Shown piece after piece: positions 62,811 to 64,000 of a DNA stretch of 64,000 nucleotides; the stretch's first letter is position 1; every line of letters starts with the position of its first letter. The translations under genes and the position numbers were made by a program. The stretch is from assembly GCA_035543375.1 (NCBI GenBank), contig DASZZF010000012.1, positions 68,323 to 132,322 on the forward strand, read 5' to 3'. This DNA is from Candidatus Limnocylindria bacterium. Lineage in GTDB: Bacteria > Chloroflexota > Limnocylindria > P2-11E. The notes under the pieces were generated by a model. That model searched no databases. It worked only from the letters and a program-made list of their open reading frames with translations, and was not told the DNA's origin.

Positions 62811-63593
62811 GTGACGCAGCACACCCGCGCACTGCTCGCGGAGATCGCGGGCACGTTCATGTTCTTCGTCATCGGCGCCGGCGCCGTCGTGACCGACAGG
62901 CTGTCCCCCATCGGCCTCGTGGGCGTCGCGCTCGCGCACGGCCTCGCGCTCGCGATCGCGGTGTCAGTCTTCGGCGCGATCTCCGGCGGCCACTTCAACC
63001 CCGCCGTGACGTTCGGGCTCGCGGTCGCGAACAAGCACCCCTGGCCGCGGGTGCCGACCTACTGGGCGGCGCAGCTCATCGGCGCGCTGCTCGCCGGCCT
63101 GGTGTTGCGCGTCTTCTTCGAGCCCTATCTCGCCGCGGCGACGGCGACACACCTGGGTACGCCGACGGTCGCGACATCCGTCGGCCCGGGCCTGGCGATC
63201 GTCATCGAAGCGGTGCTGACGCTGTTCCTCGTGTGGACGGTCTTCGGCACGGCGGTCTCGCCGAACGCGCCGAAGATCGCCGGCTTCGGCATCGGGCTCA
63301 TCGTCGCCGCCGACATCCTGGTCGGTGGGCCGCTCACCGGCGCGGCGATGAATCCGGCACGGTGGTTCGGTCCCGCGGTCGTCTCGGGCTTCCTCGACAA
63401 CTGGTACGTCTACTGGATCGGCCCGCTCATCGGCGCGGGCGTGGCCGGCCTGTCCTATCGCTACGTCTTCGGCGGGCCTGGCGAGCGCGAGCCGATCGTC
63501 CTGCCCGAGCTCACCGTCGGGCGTCCCGCGGTGCGGCCGGCCACGGCCGAGCCCGGATCACCCGGATCAGGAGACCGGACCGAGCGGCTCTAA
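62811..63593 (+). CDS. aqpZ: Aquaporin / MIP-family channel
   Basis: Two NPA boxes (HFNPAVT, AMNPARW) and six TM helices. The start is at GTG 62811; the track ORF 62460..63593 is extended upstream. Confidence 0.9.
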   Translation: MTQHTRALLAEIAGTFMFFVIGAGAVVTDRLSPIGLVGVALAHGLALAIAVSVFGAISGGHFNPAVTFGLAVANKHPWPRVPTYWAAQLIGALLAGLVLRVFFEPYLAAATATHLGTPTVATSVGPGLAIVIEAVLTLFLVWTVFGTAVSPNAPKIAGFGIGLIVAADILVGGPLTGAAMNPARWFGPAVVSGFLDNWYVYWIGPLIGAGVAGLSYRYVFGGPGEREPIVLPELTVGRPAVRPATAEPGSPGSGDRTERL

Positions 63594-63904
63594 CGCACCT
63601 CGGTCGCGACGAGATCGATCTGCAGGTCGATCCGGTCGACGATCGAGATGACCACGAAGACCGACGGCGGTGACAGGCCGAGGTCGCCGAATTTCCACGG
63701 CGACGTGGCGTTCGAAGCCGTCGCCGTCAGATCGACGCCAGCGCGCTTCGCGGTCACATCCAGCGTCACATCCTTCGGTGGGCCATGGATCGTCATCGAT
63801 CCGGCGATCGTGCACGTGAGATCACCGGAGGTCGCGAGCGGCAGCGGGAGGCCGGCCGTTCACGTCGGGACGAACTCCGCGTTCGGGAACTTCGCGGTCT
63901 CGTG
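63590..63904 (-). pseudogene. YceI-like protein, interrupted (in-frame TGA at 63860-63862, probable frame change near 63900)
   Basis: ETAKFPNAEFVPT-stop-TAGLPLPLATSGDLTCTIAGSMTIHGPPKDVTLDVTAK... matches the YceI C-terminal half. The only intact ORF is 63590..63796. A different frame stays open from about 63793 to the window edge. Confidence 0.45.
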
Positions 63905-64000
63905 CCGTCGGGCAGCAGGGTGAAGCTCCCGCTCACGGCATTCGTCGCGAGGACCGCGTCGGACGGCGCCCGGACGTCGGCCAGCTGTTCGCGGATCCTG

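Overview
Very GC-rich (by eye about 70% or more), gene-dense chromosomal core region, about 66 protein-coding genes, most on the minus strand. I found no rRNA, tRNA, CRISPR array, transposase or integrase, and no intergenic gap is large enough to hold a structural RNA. Most long ORFs in the track are antisense artefacts of the high GC content and were discarded.

The backbone keeps a Firmicute-like (Terrabacteria) gene order:
- rpsT / murJ / lepA / hemW
- a roughly 3 kb insert
- hrcA-grpE-dnaK ... dnaJ-prmA-rsmE
- plsY / rpsU-yqeY-phoH-pgpH-ybeY

A canonical CIRCE operator sits in front of hrcA. Other blocks:
- a GAF histidine kinase/OmpR pair facing an ABC-2 exporter
- glk-gap-pgk-eno
- a split transketolase behind a SoxR-type promoter next to soxR
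- typA, and a coaD-coaX-coaBC cluster
- hutI plus a formimidoyltransferase
- a class III cyclase with two stand-alone cNMP-binding proteins
- a GNAT plus OSBS/NSAR pair
- an aquaporin

The most unusual region is 37.2-47.2 kb. A DedA protein is translationally coupled to a PAP2::GH38 fusion. It faces a four-gene operon: an MGS/GpgS-like GT-A, a GDE-type hydrolase, a GT4, and a tandem-USP::GpgS fusion. This looks like a glycosyl-glycerate or membrane-glycan module that I do not recognise as described.

Other items worth a second look:
- a perfect 32-bp palindrome between rpsU and plsY
- a nucleoside-deoxyribosyltransferase-like::sigma-region-4 fusion
- a 35-aa basic ORF and rpsU, both below the ORF-track cutoff
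- a fully disordered KKTTA-repeat basic protein
- two genes that seem to need CTG starts
- a homopolymer frameshift and a degraded YceI gene

All product calls rest on motifs I read in the translations, not on database searches. Start codons were re-picked by hand and are less certain than stops.
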